The notes under the pieces are model-generated. The model did no database searches and was not told the DNA's origin. It was given only the letters and a program-made list of their open reading frames with translations. Both the position numbers and the translations under genes were made by a program. This document shows positions 48,009 through 60,800 of a DNA stretch of 64,000 nt, in pieces (within the stretch, counting starts at the first letter, position 1; each line of letters opens with the position of its first letter). Origin of the DNA: Macrostomum lignano (lineage: Eukaryota); assembly GCA_002269645.1 (NCBI GenBank), contig NIVC01002054.1, positions 144,879 to 208,878 of the forward strand, given 5' to 3'.

Positions 48009-49223
48009 GGGTCTATGAAATTTGCTAGCGAGAAATTTGCTTGCCAAAATCTGCTAGCTGAAATCTGCTAGCCGAAATTTGCTAGCAGGAATTTTGCTGG
48101 CCAAAAGTTGCTAGCAGGAATTTTGCTAGCAAGGATTTAGCTAGCCAAAATCTGCTAGCAGGAATTTGCTGACCAAACTTCTTGCAACCGGCGTCAAAAG
48201 ATTGCTTGTTTTCTGGCAATGGCAATGTATTGTTTTACCTAAAAAAATCCACAGAAGTGGGTAAAAATCCCAAATATTTTATAACTAAAAGCATCAGCAT
48301 CAGTTCAAGTGTTTGGAAAGTCAGTTTGTCATTGTGGGGGACAGAATACTCTCAAGTCGCAATCAGATAGCTTGTAGTTAGGACAGTAGTTGAATTCCTT
48401 ATTGAACTGTCATGGCTAAATGTTAGTAGAGAAGGCTATAAAAAGTTTTTCCAGAACACTGTATATTTGCTATGTACATTGAGCCCTATCACCTGATCGT
48501 TGGTCTAGGGTAATGAGTGAGTGAGTAGCACAAACAACAGAAAAAGCTGACAAACTTCACATGCCTACAGTTTATGTTCTAACTGGGGTACAAAGTTGAG
48601 ACTTTATATTTAGACAGAGAATGAGTCAATGAAGAATTTTATCAAGTTTAAAGTCAATCGCTGTATGTGGAGCAAACTTATGGCAGCTGAAAGTTAGTTA
48701 ATTTTAAACCCCCTTCACACATCTCTCCAGTGGTCAAGAAGGAGAGAGGCGGAGGTTGGGGTGGCTGTCTTGCTGACGAAAAGCAGACTAACTTTAAAAG
48801 TACACAGTGTTGTTAGGAATTAACTTCGAGACTCAAAAATTTCTACACGATTGTCAAAATAGTTGAAAATTGGATTGTGTCCAATTTGAAGAGGATTGGT
48901 AAAGCTGTAAAGGTAAAAGTGGAATGACGCTATAGAGGATTTATTGAAATTCTTGCAAAACTGGACAAGCAAATTGTCTCTAGCTAATTACAACTTCCTG
49001 AGTTTGGCCAGCCAAATTGCTGCTTGCCGGTTTTGGTTGGATTCCTGCTAGCAGATTTTGGCTAGCAAAATCCTCCTAGCAAAATTCCTGCTAGCAAGCT
49101 TCGGCTAGCAAATTTTGGCTAGCAGATTTTGCTAGCAAACTTTGGCTAGCAGATTTTGGCAAGCAAATTTCTTGCTAGCAAACTTTGGCTAGCAGATTTC
49201 CTGCTAGCAAATCTCGTACTCCC
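48009..49223. mobile_element. Foldback-like element with long modular inverted repeats (gctagc subrepeats)
   Basis: 48009-48192 and 49026-49223 are reverse complements over ~170 bp (e.g. ttcctgctagcagattttggctagc..aaatcct..ctagcaaaattcctgctagcaa). Both termini read GGG inward. The ~830-bp interior has no recognisable ORF. Confidence 0.75.
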
Positions 49224-50929
49224 AAAAAAATCCTTTAAAGGAAGGCCAAGCTATATTAAGCATTATAACCCAATGGCCAATATTGAAAAATGGACCATGT
49301 ATATCTATAAGTCAAAAACATATGGCCCAAATCTTTTTGGCCATGCCTAAGAAAAATGGCCATGGCTCCCTTGGCTACCCCTTTAGATCTACTATTAGAC
49401 ATGGTTATAAAAGTTTATTCATTTTTAATTAAAAATGTTTTACACTACACTTAATAAAACTAAAACATGCAATATTGTAGGCCTAATTAAAAAACATTAG
49501 GCTTATATAACATAAGGACATTTAGTTTTATTCAATAAATATTATTTTGTAGTATATTGGATATTGATGATTTTTCATAAGACTGTATATAAAATAATAA
49601 ATAAATTATAAAATTTTTATTCTATAACAAAATGTATCATACTCATAGCCATAGGCCCTATTTTAAACCTAAAAATAAAACTTCAAATAAATTATTAACA
49701 TATCTTAGGCCTAGTTAGACTTAGGCCTAGGCCATACTTCAGAAGATATACTGCAATAGTAATGTATATTACTATTAGAAATTCAAATGCTAGGTCTACT
49801 ATATTAGCTATTTTAGATGAGTAATTTATGACTACAAAAAGTTATAAATGATACTGACATCAAGGTTTTTACATAAAAATAGGGCCTAATATAGAGCCCT
49901 AGGGTCCTAAGCCTAAGGACCTAAGCACTTAGCACTATAGATAGATAGGCCTATGGTGGTTATTTAAGAATAAGAGCACATGTTTGTTATATTTAATAGT
50001 ATTGACAAATAAAATTATATTTTAGGAACTAGCAATAAATTATATTATTGAACTACCTCTCTTGACTCTCGTCTCGACTTAACTGAAAGACCAAAAAGCT
50101 AAAAAACCAAAGGCCAAAGCCGAAAGGGTTTAGGCCTAAACATTTTTAAAATTGCAAAATCGCTACGAGTCTAGGAAAAATGATGGATTTTGAATTGCAG
50201 CGCCTTTCTATGAAACAACTTTCTTGTCGTTATCGATATCCAACCTTTAAACAACGGATAAAGCAGCTGTAAGCAGCTATAAGCTGCTATAAGCAGCTGT
50301 CAAATCCTTCCAAATCAATGCTCAGCTCGGCCGGAAAAGCTAAAAATCAGCGTGCAATAAAAGTAATTTTTAAACTGTCTAACAATGGGCGTCGACGGTT
50401 GGCACTTTGGCACAGTTAGACGCCTCAATGCTAAGACCTCAGCCAAGGGACACTTAGAACTTTGGTGTTGCACAGCCAATTTCTTTCAGCTGTGCATCCT
50501 AGAGTCTTGTTGTTATCTATTCAATGATCAAACTTTCTTTGTACATGTACTATACTATTCTCATATTTTTTCTTTATTCTAGGTCTACTTAAGCTATAGC
50601 CTATACTAGGCTTTACTCATTTTGGTATTTTAATTGGGTTGATATAATTGTACTATGCCTATTATTATCTTATTTGTGTCTTGTTTTTCTAAGTGTCAAT
50701 TAGGCCTAGGTCTATTAGCCTATAAGCTTGTTTCCTATAATAATACCCATTTTCATCTTCACTTATAATATAGGCCTTAATTATAAATAATGTAGAATTG
50801 TGTCTGCATTATTTATAGATCATACCAAGTATACCTAGGCCTAGTCCTACCTAAGCCTAAGTAAGGAAACTAAAAAATAATAAAAAAATATAAAAAAATT
50901 ATATCTAAAAGGAAAAGTAATATATATTC

Positions 50930-51490
50930 TTAGATCCTTAGTTGCTAGGTTGCCTCACCTTCCTAGATGCTTAGTTGCTAAGCCACCTTCAAATCCTCAG
51001 TTGCTAAGCCATCTTAGTTGCTAGGCTGTCTACAACTCTTCTAGATCCTGGGTTGCTAGGCCATCCCACTTTCCTAGATCCTAAATTGCTAGGCTAGGCC
51101 CCCCTACTTTCCTAGATCCTGAGTTGCTAGGCCATCCTAACCCCACCTTCCTAGATCCTGAGTTGCTAGGCCACCCTAATTGCATCTTCCTAGATCCTAA
51201 ATTGCTAGGCCCCCCATCCTACTAGATCCTTGGTTGCTAGGCCACCCTCAGGAGGCACCCTCCCAGATCCTCAGTCGCTGGGCCACCCTCCCAGACCCAG
51301 ATCCTCAGTTGCTAGGCCATCCTCCCATATTCCTCAGTTGCTAAGCCAGCCTCCTAGATCCTCAGTTGTTGGGCCAGCCTCCTAGATCTTCAGTTGCTAG
51401 GCTACCCTCCCAGATCCTTAATTGCTGGGCCAGTCTCCCAGATCCTCAGTTGCTAGGCCACTCTACCAGATCATTAGTTGCTAGGCCATA
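50930..51490. repeat. Degenerate member of the 28-bp cagttgctgggccagcctcccagatcct satellite family
   Basis: Units such as cctcagttgctaggccatcctccca and cctcagttgttgggccagcctcctagat. Confidence 0.85.
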
Positions 51491-51822
51491 GAGGTTTAAG
51501 TGGGTTCATAAAAATTCTTTAAAAAATCATAAAAATTCTTACAGCAAACACTTAAACAGAAGTTACAATATATGTACCTGCGCCATTTTATAAAGTGATG
51601 GCTTCCTCAGACCTCAGTGTCATGTAAGATTCTTCTATTCTAACTTAGTTGTCTACAAATCATTTGAATATAGACTACTATTATCAGTAGTAGATAAAGC
51701 GTCATTCCACTCTACTCTTAATTCGATTCATGAGTCTGTCTTTCTGTCTTAGTGTTTGTCTTTCCGTCTGTCTGTCTGCTGACTACTGTACAATAAAATC
51801 AAAAAACTTTCCAGCGCACCAT

Positions 51823-53906
51823 ATGGCAGCCGCCAAGCCAAAAGTCTCCAACCCGCTGAGCCTGAGCCTGCCAGACCGGGCACTCAGCGGCATCCTGCGC
51901 TGCCTGGACCTGCGCAGCCTGGCCGCCTGTCGTCTCGTCTGCCGCGCCTGGCTGTCTCGCATCGACGCTTTTTGCAGCGGCGGCGCCTGCATTGGTGGTG
52001 GCTTGTTGACCGCTGGTCGCGCCGTCCGTCAGCTGTGCGGCGGCGGCAGCAGTGCAAAATCGCCGACCGCCTGGCAGGCGCTGCAGCTGTCTAGACGGTG
52101 CAGCTTGGTGTGCTCCACGCTGAAAGAGACGGACGTGCAGTGCGAGGAGGAGCTGCTGCCGAGCCTGCCGGACCTGCAGCTGCTGCCCATGGTGAGTGCT
52201 CGGCGCTCGCTCACAAATCAATGCTGCAATATTGTGTGGCTATAAGAAACGAACCAGAAAATGCGCAGCTGGAAATTTAAACTACTTATAGTAGGTTTCA
52301 GTCTACCATGGGGGCCATGGATTTTATGGTGGGGGGGGGCAAAGTAAGGAATTCTACATGACTAAGTTCCTACATAATTTTGAGAATCGGTGTTGTTAGC
52401 ACTCGTTTTGGCGCCGCAGGCACTTATTTTAGCGCCACAGACATTCATTTTAGCGCCTCAGGCACTCATTTTAGCGCCGGAGACACTGAGACACTCATTT
52501 TAGCGCCGGAGACACTGAGACACTTATTTTGGCGCCCCAAAGCAAAATTATTGATTTCCATAGCATTTAAATGTCCCTCCTATAGCTTTCACTCGGTGGG
52601 GAGTCGGGGACATGCCCCCCCTGTCCCCCCGGTGGCGACGCCCCTGCGTGAAAGTGAATGACTCTTGTACTTGAGGTCCCAAGTTCGAGCCCCTATGCTC
52701 GTCGCAAAGTTTCCTACGTAACACCGTTTGCAGTCGGACAAGGGCGGCCGCGGCCGCCTGATGCTGCGAACTCGGATGCTGGACCGTGGCCGCTGCCGCC
52801 TTATCAATCGGCTACTGAAAGTGCCCCAAATACCCGAGGATGCCGAGTGCAGCTTGAAGTTCTGCGCCACCTCCTGGATCGGTCTGGTCATCTGCCGCTT
52901 CAACGATGGCACATGCGTGGTGACGCTGCCGCTGAGGCCTGGCGACGGCGGACTGGGCGGAGACGAAGTGCTGACCCAGGCGGTGATCAGCCCGCCTATA
53001 TCCGGCATTTTCCCTGTTGTCATGGCAACGCACAAGTGCGCCAAGTGCGGCCAAGACCAGCTGCTGGTCTACAGTATGAGCTTGGCTGCGCCCCAGCTCA
53101 GCCTGTGGTCGCTGCCGCCCGCCGCCGACTCGTTCGGCAGGTCGCCGCAAGTCATCGGCAAGCCGCACAGCGTCCTGCAAAGTGGTGTCGTGGGCAGCGA
53201 TGAAGAGGCCCTGCGGATGCTGCAGGTGGCGTCGCCTGTCGAGTCGGAGTTTGCCGTGTTCGCCGTGATGAACAGCAACGATGAGGACACTCTGACCACC
53301 GTCAGCTTCGTCCGCGCCGGGTGCCGCCAGCTCAGCCTCCTCCGCAGCCGCATCAGCCTGGGCGGAGACGAGTGCGGCTTCATCACGGACTCCAGCGACG
53401 GCGTCCTCGTCACCATGGTGATCGACGGCCTTCGCCGACGTCGTGGACAGGCTCGCTGTCAGCTGAGACTCCGAGTGACTCGTCACGTGCTGGCCGGACC
53501 GAAGTGCACTGTGTGTCCAGAGACCTTCCTGTACAACTGCCCGATGCCGTCTGCTGAGGTGCCCGAATCCCAGCCTAAGCTAATTGGCCACGGCAGGCAG
53601 CTGCTGTGCGTGACCTTCATGGTGCCGCACTGCCTGGCTCTGTATCGGCCGAGCTGTCCGCAGCCTCCGGTCGTCATCGACCTGCCCAACGACCAGCCGT
53701 TGCACTTTCTGTGGCCGGTCGGCAACTGGCTGAACTGCGGCATCGACCCGGAGCGGCAGAGCTGCCCGCTGCTGGTGTCAGCTGGCATGGAGCGAGATGA
53801 AGCAAACAAACAGAGCCACCTGCTGAGCTTGAGCTTCTCTAAGGATGCTCCGCAGTCAGCTGTGTGGCAGCGGACTGTGCAGTTTGGCAGCTCGGTTTCT
53901 GAGTAA
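51823..53906 (+). CDS. F-box protein with uncharacterised C-terminal domain, ~513 aa, 2 exons
   Basis: Exons 51823-52191 and 52734-53906 (phase 0, GT-AG). N-terminal F-box LSLPDRALSGILRCLDLRSLAACRLVCRAW. The C-terminal region is beta-rich and not recognised. Confidence 0.85.
52307..52646 (+). mobile_element. Second copy of the hAT-type MITE family, in the F-box intron
   Basis: Body matches 4868-5137. The 3' end tggcgacgcccctg is the exact reverse complement of the 5' end (caggggcgtcgcca) of the other copy. The left end is degenerate. Confidence 0.8.
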
Positions 53907-54244
53907 CAGCTTTGATTTATTTGTTGACATTTGGTTTCAGACTTTGTGCCCAGTTTACTAATTCATCTGCAAGCATTTGACAGGTCTGTTTGATCTATTT
54001 TTAGCATTAATTATATCCAATCTGCCCTGCATTTTATCAAGTACAATAATTTTTTAGACAATTTGTTTGTCACTTGAGTCTCGACTTTTTTTACTATAAT
54101 TTTTCGCTGTCGCTTTGTTGCTTTGGCTTAATTTTAACTCGTTCGTTATTAAATATATAAAAAATAGGCGAATTCTTCGCTTTCTCAAAAATCGTTCTGA
54201 GTTTTATACTCTTATTCAATTTTTAGACGTTGCTCTTCATACCT

Positions 54245-54680
54245 TCTCCATCCCCACAGTCACAAATCATTTAGTTCCCCATCCCCACAGTCACAGATCA
54301 TTCAGTTCCCCATCCCCACAGTCACAAATCATTTAGTTCCCCATCCCCACAGTCACAGATCATTCAGTTCCCCATCCCCACAGTCACAAATCATTTAGTT
54401 CCCCATCCCACAGTCACAAATCATTTAGTTCCCCATCCCCACAGTCACAAATCATTTAGTTCCCCATCCCCATCCCCACAGTCACAAATCATTTAGTTCC
54501 CCATCCCCACAGTCACAAATCATTTAGTTCCCCATCCCCACAGTCACAAATCATTTAGTTCCCCATCCCCACAGTCACAAATCATTTAGTTCCCCATCCC
54601 CACAGTCACAAATCATTTAGTTCCTCATCCCCACAGCCACAAATCATTTAGTTCCCCATCCCCACAGTCACAAATCCCTA
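54245..54680. repeat. 31-bp minisatellite (cccatccccacagtcacaaatcatttagttc)n
   Basis: About 14 copies. Confidence 0.95.
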
Positions 54681-54819
54681 TCCTTCAAATCCCCATCCTG
54701 CAAATCCCGATCCTGCAAATCTCCTTCCTGCGGATCCCCATCCTGCAGATCTCTATTGTGCAGATTCAGGAAGAACCTGTTTCTCAGTTCACGGGACTGT
54801 CAGTACTGGAGGCGGAAAT

Positions 54820-55197
54820 GGGATAGCAACGTTTGCCAGCCGACGTTTGCCAACGGGACATTTGCAGGCGGTAATTGGTTTTATAGAATTATGCCGCGTT
54901 CTAGTGGGCAGTTGTTTGTTAGTAACCTGTACTAGTGAGCAGTTTTTTGTTATGAATAGTAACCTGTATATTTAGTAGCAGTAGTAGGGAGCGAGGTGGG
55001 GTTAGATTAGTGCTATGTCCGCAGTTTTCAAATTGAAGTACATGTAAGCCTAGAGAGGGCAGAATTCTTTAACCGATTACTGTCTGTAAATGTCCGGCTG
55101 TCAAACGTCAGCTGGCGAACGTCGGAAACGTCCCGCTGGCAAACGTCGGCTGGAAACGTCGGCTGGCAAACGTCCCGGCTGGAAACGTCGTAGACCC
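54820..55197. mobile_element. Small Mutator/foldback-like MITE with modular TIRs (acgtttgccagccg subrepeats)
   Basis: The left arm (54820-54872) is inverted relative to the right arm (55083-55197). Termini are GGG...CCC. Flanks ggcggaaat and ggtggaaat give a 9-bp TSD (8/9). Confidence 0.75.
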
Positions 55198-55883
55198 GGT
55201 GGAAATGATTGATACTTTTCTGGAAGAAGCGTCCACATATACAGCTTTGACTGACCAAGATCTGGATGAAATTGCCAAGATGGAGGACACGGGAAGCCAT
55301 CACTTATCTGCCGTACGAGTTCCTCAGTCGATAGCGCTTTACCCACTGGTCTCAAAGCAGTAGAAGATCCGGCTTGCGCATCAGGGATGTCAACTTCTTC
55401 CAGTTTCTACCCGAAAAACTCATCCATCAGGCCAAATTCCAACTCTTGATCCATTGTCTGAGCCTTCTTATTAGGCAAATAAAAAAGTCGTTTTATTGGG
55501 AGTGAAGATTCTGCGGGGCGTTCTAGACACCCATACTCTACAGCGAGGACGATGATAATTGAATGTCCATTGCATGAAGTAGGGATTCTTGCGTAGTCTA
55601 AGATTAAATTAATGTAATGTATTCCTCAGAATACACTGTCTGTGGCAGAAAGCGTATTCTGAAGAGTGTTGATCTTTTACTGACGTACACAAAAACATCG
55701 GCGTCCTGAAAAGCCAAAATGAAATCGTCTAGGGCAATAGTCGAATATAGTCGTGGTACAATTGTCTTGGGTCGCTATCGCAAGTAGCAATAAGGAGAAA
55801 TCAAAGAACTGAACAACAAGCAATAACGTTCTTCAACAAGTATATTGCACCCGTAGACAAAGAGATTCTTCCAACCTTGAGCG

Positions 55884-57604
55884 ATGCAGCAGGACTTCTT
55901 GCATCAGCGCATGCCGGACCACGCGCTCAGCTGCATTCTGCACCGCCTGGACCTGCGCAGCTTTGCCGCCTGTCGCCTTGTCTGCCGGAGCTGGCACTGT
56001 CGAATCGACGACAGCCGCGTTCTGGAAGCGGCCCGGACCTCCTGGCACCTGTGCGCGATGTTAACCGGCGGTCAGGCTTGGAAGGTGGCCACACAGAGAG
56101 GCTTGGTGTGCTCGGAGCTGGAGGAGAGGGTCGTGACCTCCGAGGACGAGCTGGTGCCCATTCTAGAGGACCTGGAGCTGCTGGCATGGTGAGTTCCTGA
56201 AGCCATGCAGGAAGTATTTATTTACCTAGTTTAAACTAGCACTATACTACAGTATAGCTAGTTTCGTCATTGCAACGACAGAGGTCATAGAGAAGTCATG
56301 CATAGCTGGAATCCAGGGCCGTCATAGCATAGTATCGATCGGGGTTCATAGCTGGTCCCCGAAATCCACTTGCAGCATGATCAAACGGGTAACGGAGGCC
56401 TGCAGATGTACACCAGGATGCTGGACTGCCGCATGCTGCATCGAACTTTCCGAGTGCCCCAGGTGTTCGCTGATGTCAGCTACATGACGCGATACTGCTC
56501 CACCTCTTGGGTGGGCCTGGCACGGTGCGAGCGAAATGGAGTCTATGGAGGCGTGCTGGCGGTGCCTTTGAAGCCGGGCAGAAGCGGCCTGGGGAGAGAT
56601 AAGCTCTAATTCAGGCTGACATTAGAGTAATGATTACAACCTCCATGGCTTATGACGTTGTCATGGCAACACACAAGTGCCCCACCTGCGGGGACACACA
56701 GCTGCTGCTACTGAACAGTTTCTTGGTGGACCAGCTGAAGCTGTGGTCGCTGCCGCCCGCTGGCGTCTTCGTGCCACCGCCTGTGCTGACGCAGCCGCAC
56801 AGCGTCCTGCACGACGTCACAAATGACGCCGGCAACGAAGAGGGGCTTCGGCTGCTGCAGGTTGCGTCGCCCGTCGAGTCGGAGTTTGCCGTGATGAACA
56901 GCAACGAGTGCGACACTCGGACCACCGTCAGCTTCGTCCGCGCCTTTTGCCGCCAGCTCAGCCTCATCCGAAGCCGCATCAGCCTGGGCGGAGACGAGTG
57001 CGGCTTCATTGCGGACTCCAGCGACCGCGTTCTCGTCACCATGGTGATTGACAGCCTTCGCCGACGTCGTGGGCAGACTCGGCGCTAGCGGAGACTTCGA
57101 GTGACTCGTCACGTGCTGACTGGGCCGAGCTGCCAAGTGCAGGCTGAGACCTTCTTGTACAACTGCCCGATGCCGTCGCTGAGGTGCCGACTCCCGTCCC
57201 GAGCTGCTTGGCCACGGCAGGAAGCTGCTGTGCGTGACCTTCGTTGAACTGGAGCGCCTGGCTCTGTACCGGCCGAGTTTCCGCAGCCTCTGGTCGTCAT
57301 CAACTTTTCCCACCCACTCGATAATTCATATTTCTCGTGGCCAGTTGGAGACTGGCTTGACCGCGGCATGGACCCTGAGAGGCAGAGCTGCCCGCTGCTG
57401 CTGGTTTTGGGGTTTCAGCCTTTTTCTCCAGGCACCGACCAGCTGGTCTCCGTGCCCAGCCACCTGCTGAGCTGGACCTGCGCCAAGGAGATCCCGGAGA
57501 CCGCCGCTGTGTGGCAACAGGCCGTGCGGCTTGGCAGCTTCGGGTCGAGTGACGGACTGCTGCATCTGAGTCTCCATTTACCAATTAAAGTTGTTTTTTG
57601 TTAA
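55884..57604 (+). pseudogene. F-box pseudogene, tandem paralogue of 51823-53906
   Basis: F-box RMPDHALSCILHRLDLRSFAACRLVCRSW, same intron position and clear paralogy (VVMATHKC, SPVESEFAV, RISLGGDECGF, DPERQSCPLL). However, the donor is out of phase by 1 nt, there are frameshifts near 56610, 57190 and 57275, and an in-frame TAG at 57086-57088 where copy 1 has CAG. Confidence 0.82.
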
Positions 57605-57728
57605 TAATAATAGCAATAGATTATTACACCTACCCCAGTTGGACCAGATGTGCAACCGACAGCTCAGCCACAGTTATTGCGCGGCGCATTTGAAGGCTGC
57701 TTTTGGCTGTGTCAGTTCGCACACTCTC

Positions 57729-57892
57729 AATTACCCCAGCTAATGCCAGTACAGCTGGGTGAACTGCAGCAATGCAGAGTTAAGCAAGTGTCTTGCTTGC
57801 TTAAGGACACAAACTGTTTCAGTGGGATCGAGAATCGAACCCCCAACCTTCAAGTCGCGAGTCCGACGCTCTAACCACTAGGCTACAATCCC
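57729..57892 (-). mobile_element. tRNA-derived CORE-like SINE, second copy
   Basis: Reverse complement reads gggattgtagcctagtggttagagcgtcgg..gggttcgattc..tgtgtccttaagcaa..cagttcacccagctgta..attagctggggtaatt, homologous to 13942-14102. Confidence 0.85.
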
Positions 57893-60800
57893 TTTTTTGT
57901 TTGTTGAATAGGGATTTAACCCCAGTGATACATTTTTGTGACCCTGCTTTTTTTAGCTACGTCAGCCACGCGGTTTACCGTACTCTCTCCTCAACCCGTC
58001 AGCTTTTTTTCTGCAGCAGCCAAACTGACATGTTTGTAGCCGCGCCTTCTAGCCGCACCAAAAAGTAAAACCTATGCCCTAATGATAATTTTTATCAGAA
58101 ACTATACTTCTAGATGATCTAGAAGTAGATTATGATCCTAAATGAATGCCCCAAAACTTTTTTTGATGTTCGAGAAAAATTAGGAGTAAAAGTTTGTTTT
58201 AGGGCGGCTGAAGGGCCGCAGGCTGGAAGGGGGCTAGAGAATTTCATATGCATTTCAGATGTTAAATTACATATTTTACTCGTAATGGATGGCCCAACCG
58301 ATTACAGAAAGCAAATAAGTGAATAACCCCCAAATAGGATAACGACCGAAGTGACACCGTCACATGTTTCTATGGCGACCTAGCGTGTCTGATATTTAAT
58401 TTAAGGCACGCAAATATTTAATTAACTATTTTTTGGAACGCACTACACACATGTGCATGGCTCTAATGAAGTGAACTGAATTATTTAACCCTGATCTACT
58501 GAAAAGATCAGAAAAAAATACTTCTGTCAGTACCTCTTAAATGACAAGCAAGTACACAAGTTAGGATATGCTACAAATGAAAAAAAAGAGTCAGAAAAGA
58601 GCTCACTGGTGTAGCTAAAATATATGAAGTCATGAATAGCTAAAACAGTTATGCAAACTGAAACAGACATATCAGCAGTGTAATAAATCCGCTTTTCTTT
58701 TCTTTTGTTTATTCATTTACTGTCTTTTTAATTTCCTATTTAATTAGCATTTAATTAATATTTAATTAGTTTCCTATCTAATACCTATTTAAATCGTCGC
58801 TATTCGTTTAACGTAAATTTCTTTCGAAGTTCGTTTTTGTTCATTTTTCGTTCGTTTTTCACGCTTTGAAATATTGCGCGCTTGCAAAATACTATATCTT
58901 TTTACAAAAAACGCTCTTTCAAATACCTTAATAATTTTACAAATATCGTAACTCACATCGTAACTCGTGTAAAAATTTAACCTTTTGAACAAATTTAACC
59001 TTTTGAACTTAATCGTAATTAAACAACTAATGCTAAAATAACTTAAATACACAGAAATATACTGGCCAAACAGGCTTCTTGCCTGAGCCAACTTACTACT
59101 ACTACTACTACAATGATGTCAATTTTAAATTTTTTGTATGTCACTTTTAAGCCTACATATGAAGGTACAATATTAATTAAAAAAATGTCAGCCTACTGCT
59201 AGTGTTAAATTTAATACGATATTAACCTTACCATCTAGCTTTGTCTGTGCGTCAGTCAATCTTCGTTTATATCACTAGACCTACAGAATCAGATAGGCTC
59301 GGCTGGGCCTGGGTCTATAAATTTGAATATTATGTTTCGATTGAATTGTTGTCAAATTTTACTGGTGCTCATAAATACGTCTACTCAATAAATTGTTTGG
59401 TTTTCAGTTTTCATTAATAATTCAGTTTTCTGTAAAAGTTGACATCATTGTGTAGGTTTAAAAACTAAATCATAAAAATTCTAAAGATTCCTAGGCCTAT
59501 AATAAGCAGCATGTCATGCTAGTGTTTGCCCTTGCCTTTTTGTACATTGTGTATGTTCTCTTGTTTATTATGTGCATTTCCCACGATTTTTATGCAGTAA
59601 TTGTGTGTAACTTGTATTAATTATTATTTGCTTCCAGTTCTTTACTTTATTCTGGTTAACTTTACATGAATTTTTGCCTATTACAATTAATGTCTTCAGC
59701 TTTTTCTTAACAGCTGCAGTAATCTTTGTAAATTGAATTTGTTTTGTATTAGTTGCTTTTTGGTATTTTTCTCTAGCACTGCACTTTATTGATTATTAGT
59801 CTTTTAGTGATCGCTGTAGTGTTTTTGTGCAGCATTCTTTGTGCTTTAATATCAATTTGAATTCATTTCTGTCTTTATATTAAAATACTTTTCAAAATGA
59901 AGCTTTAAATTATGCGTGAAGTGATTTTAATAGGCAAGCTATATAAATTTAAATTAGCTATCTGAATGACTTGAAATAATTTTTATTCATTCTTTAAACT
60001 TCAAGGACTTTTCTAGAGACAAGTTTAGTTGTTTAGCTAATTTATGTTTTAGCCTATCAGGACTCAGCACAGAAGCAGCCATTCAGAAGCAGTTGTGGCA
60101 TGCAGGAGACAATTTGTGCAGTCTATCTTAAGAAACACTTGTGAAATCTTATAAGATCCTTAAAACTTTCTTGCGAAATCTTGTCAGATCTTATCAGATC
60201 TGCAAAAAAACTTCAAGTCAGATCTTATATTCTCTTAGCAAAAATCATAGGAAATTTTAAGTAAGATCTGTCAAGTTTGCTCAAGTCATTGTCAACTAGG
60301 GATTGTTGTTGAGCCACAAATGTCTGGGTAGGTTATTTGGTTGTTCTCAAGTTTAAATACACTTATCAATAAGATATGTGCTACCGGTTTTGAACTTAGA
60401 GTTGATTTTGTGTCCTTAACTCGGGTTGTATTTAACAGTAGAAAGATCACACTGTTTTTCCCCATGGGGAAAGACCACGGGGTGTATTACAAATGCACAC
60501 GACCCATTTCACGATAGCTCGCAAACCGAATTACTGATTTTCGTAAAATTCCACGATATGGATCAAAATTTTCGGCCTTTTCCGACGAACTAACTTTCAA
60601 AGTCATCCAACGTCACATCCGTCGAGATATTCAACGATTCTTGTCGAAGACACTGGTGGCAAGGACAACCAACACTACACTGTATAAACCTTTATTGTGA
60701 ATCCATATTGGCTCAATAATCTGGGTTCATCTGTCTTAGAGCGTAGAGGCCTTTGTTCTCAGCATACCAGGCACCAGGGCCCCCTTCATCTCCATCTGGA

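Noticed and set aside
52812-53809. Antisense and alternative-frame ORFs over GC-rich exons (also over ESF1, UBA3 and the dehydrogenases)
   Set aside because: Shadow ORFs expected from GC-rich codon usage of the real genes.
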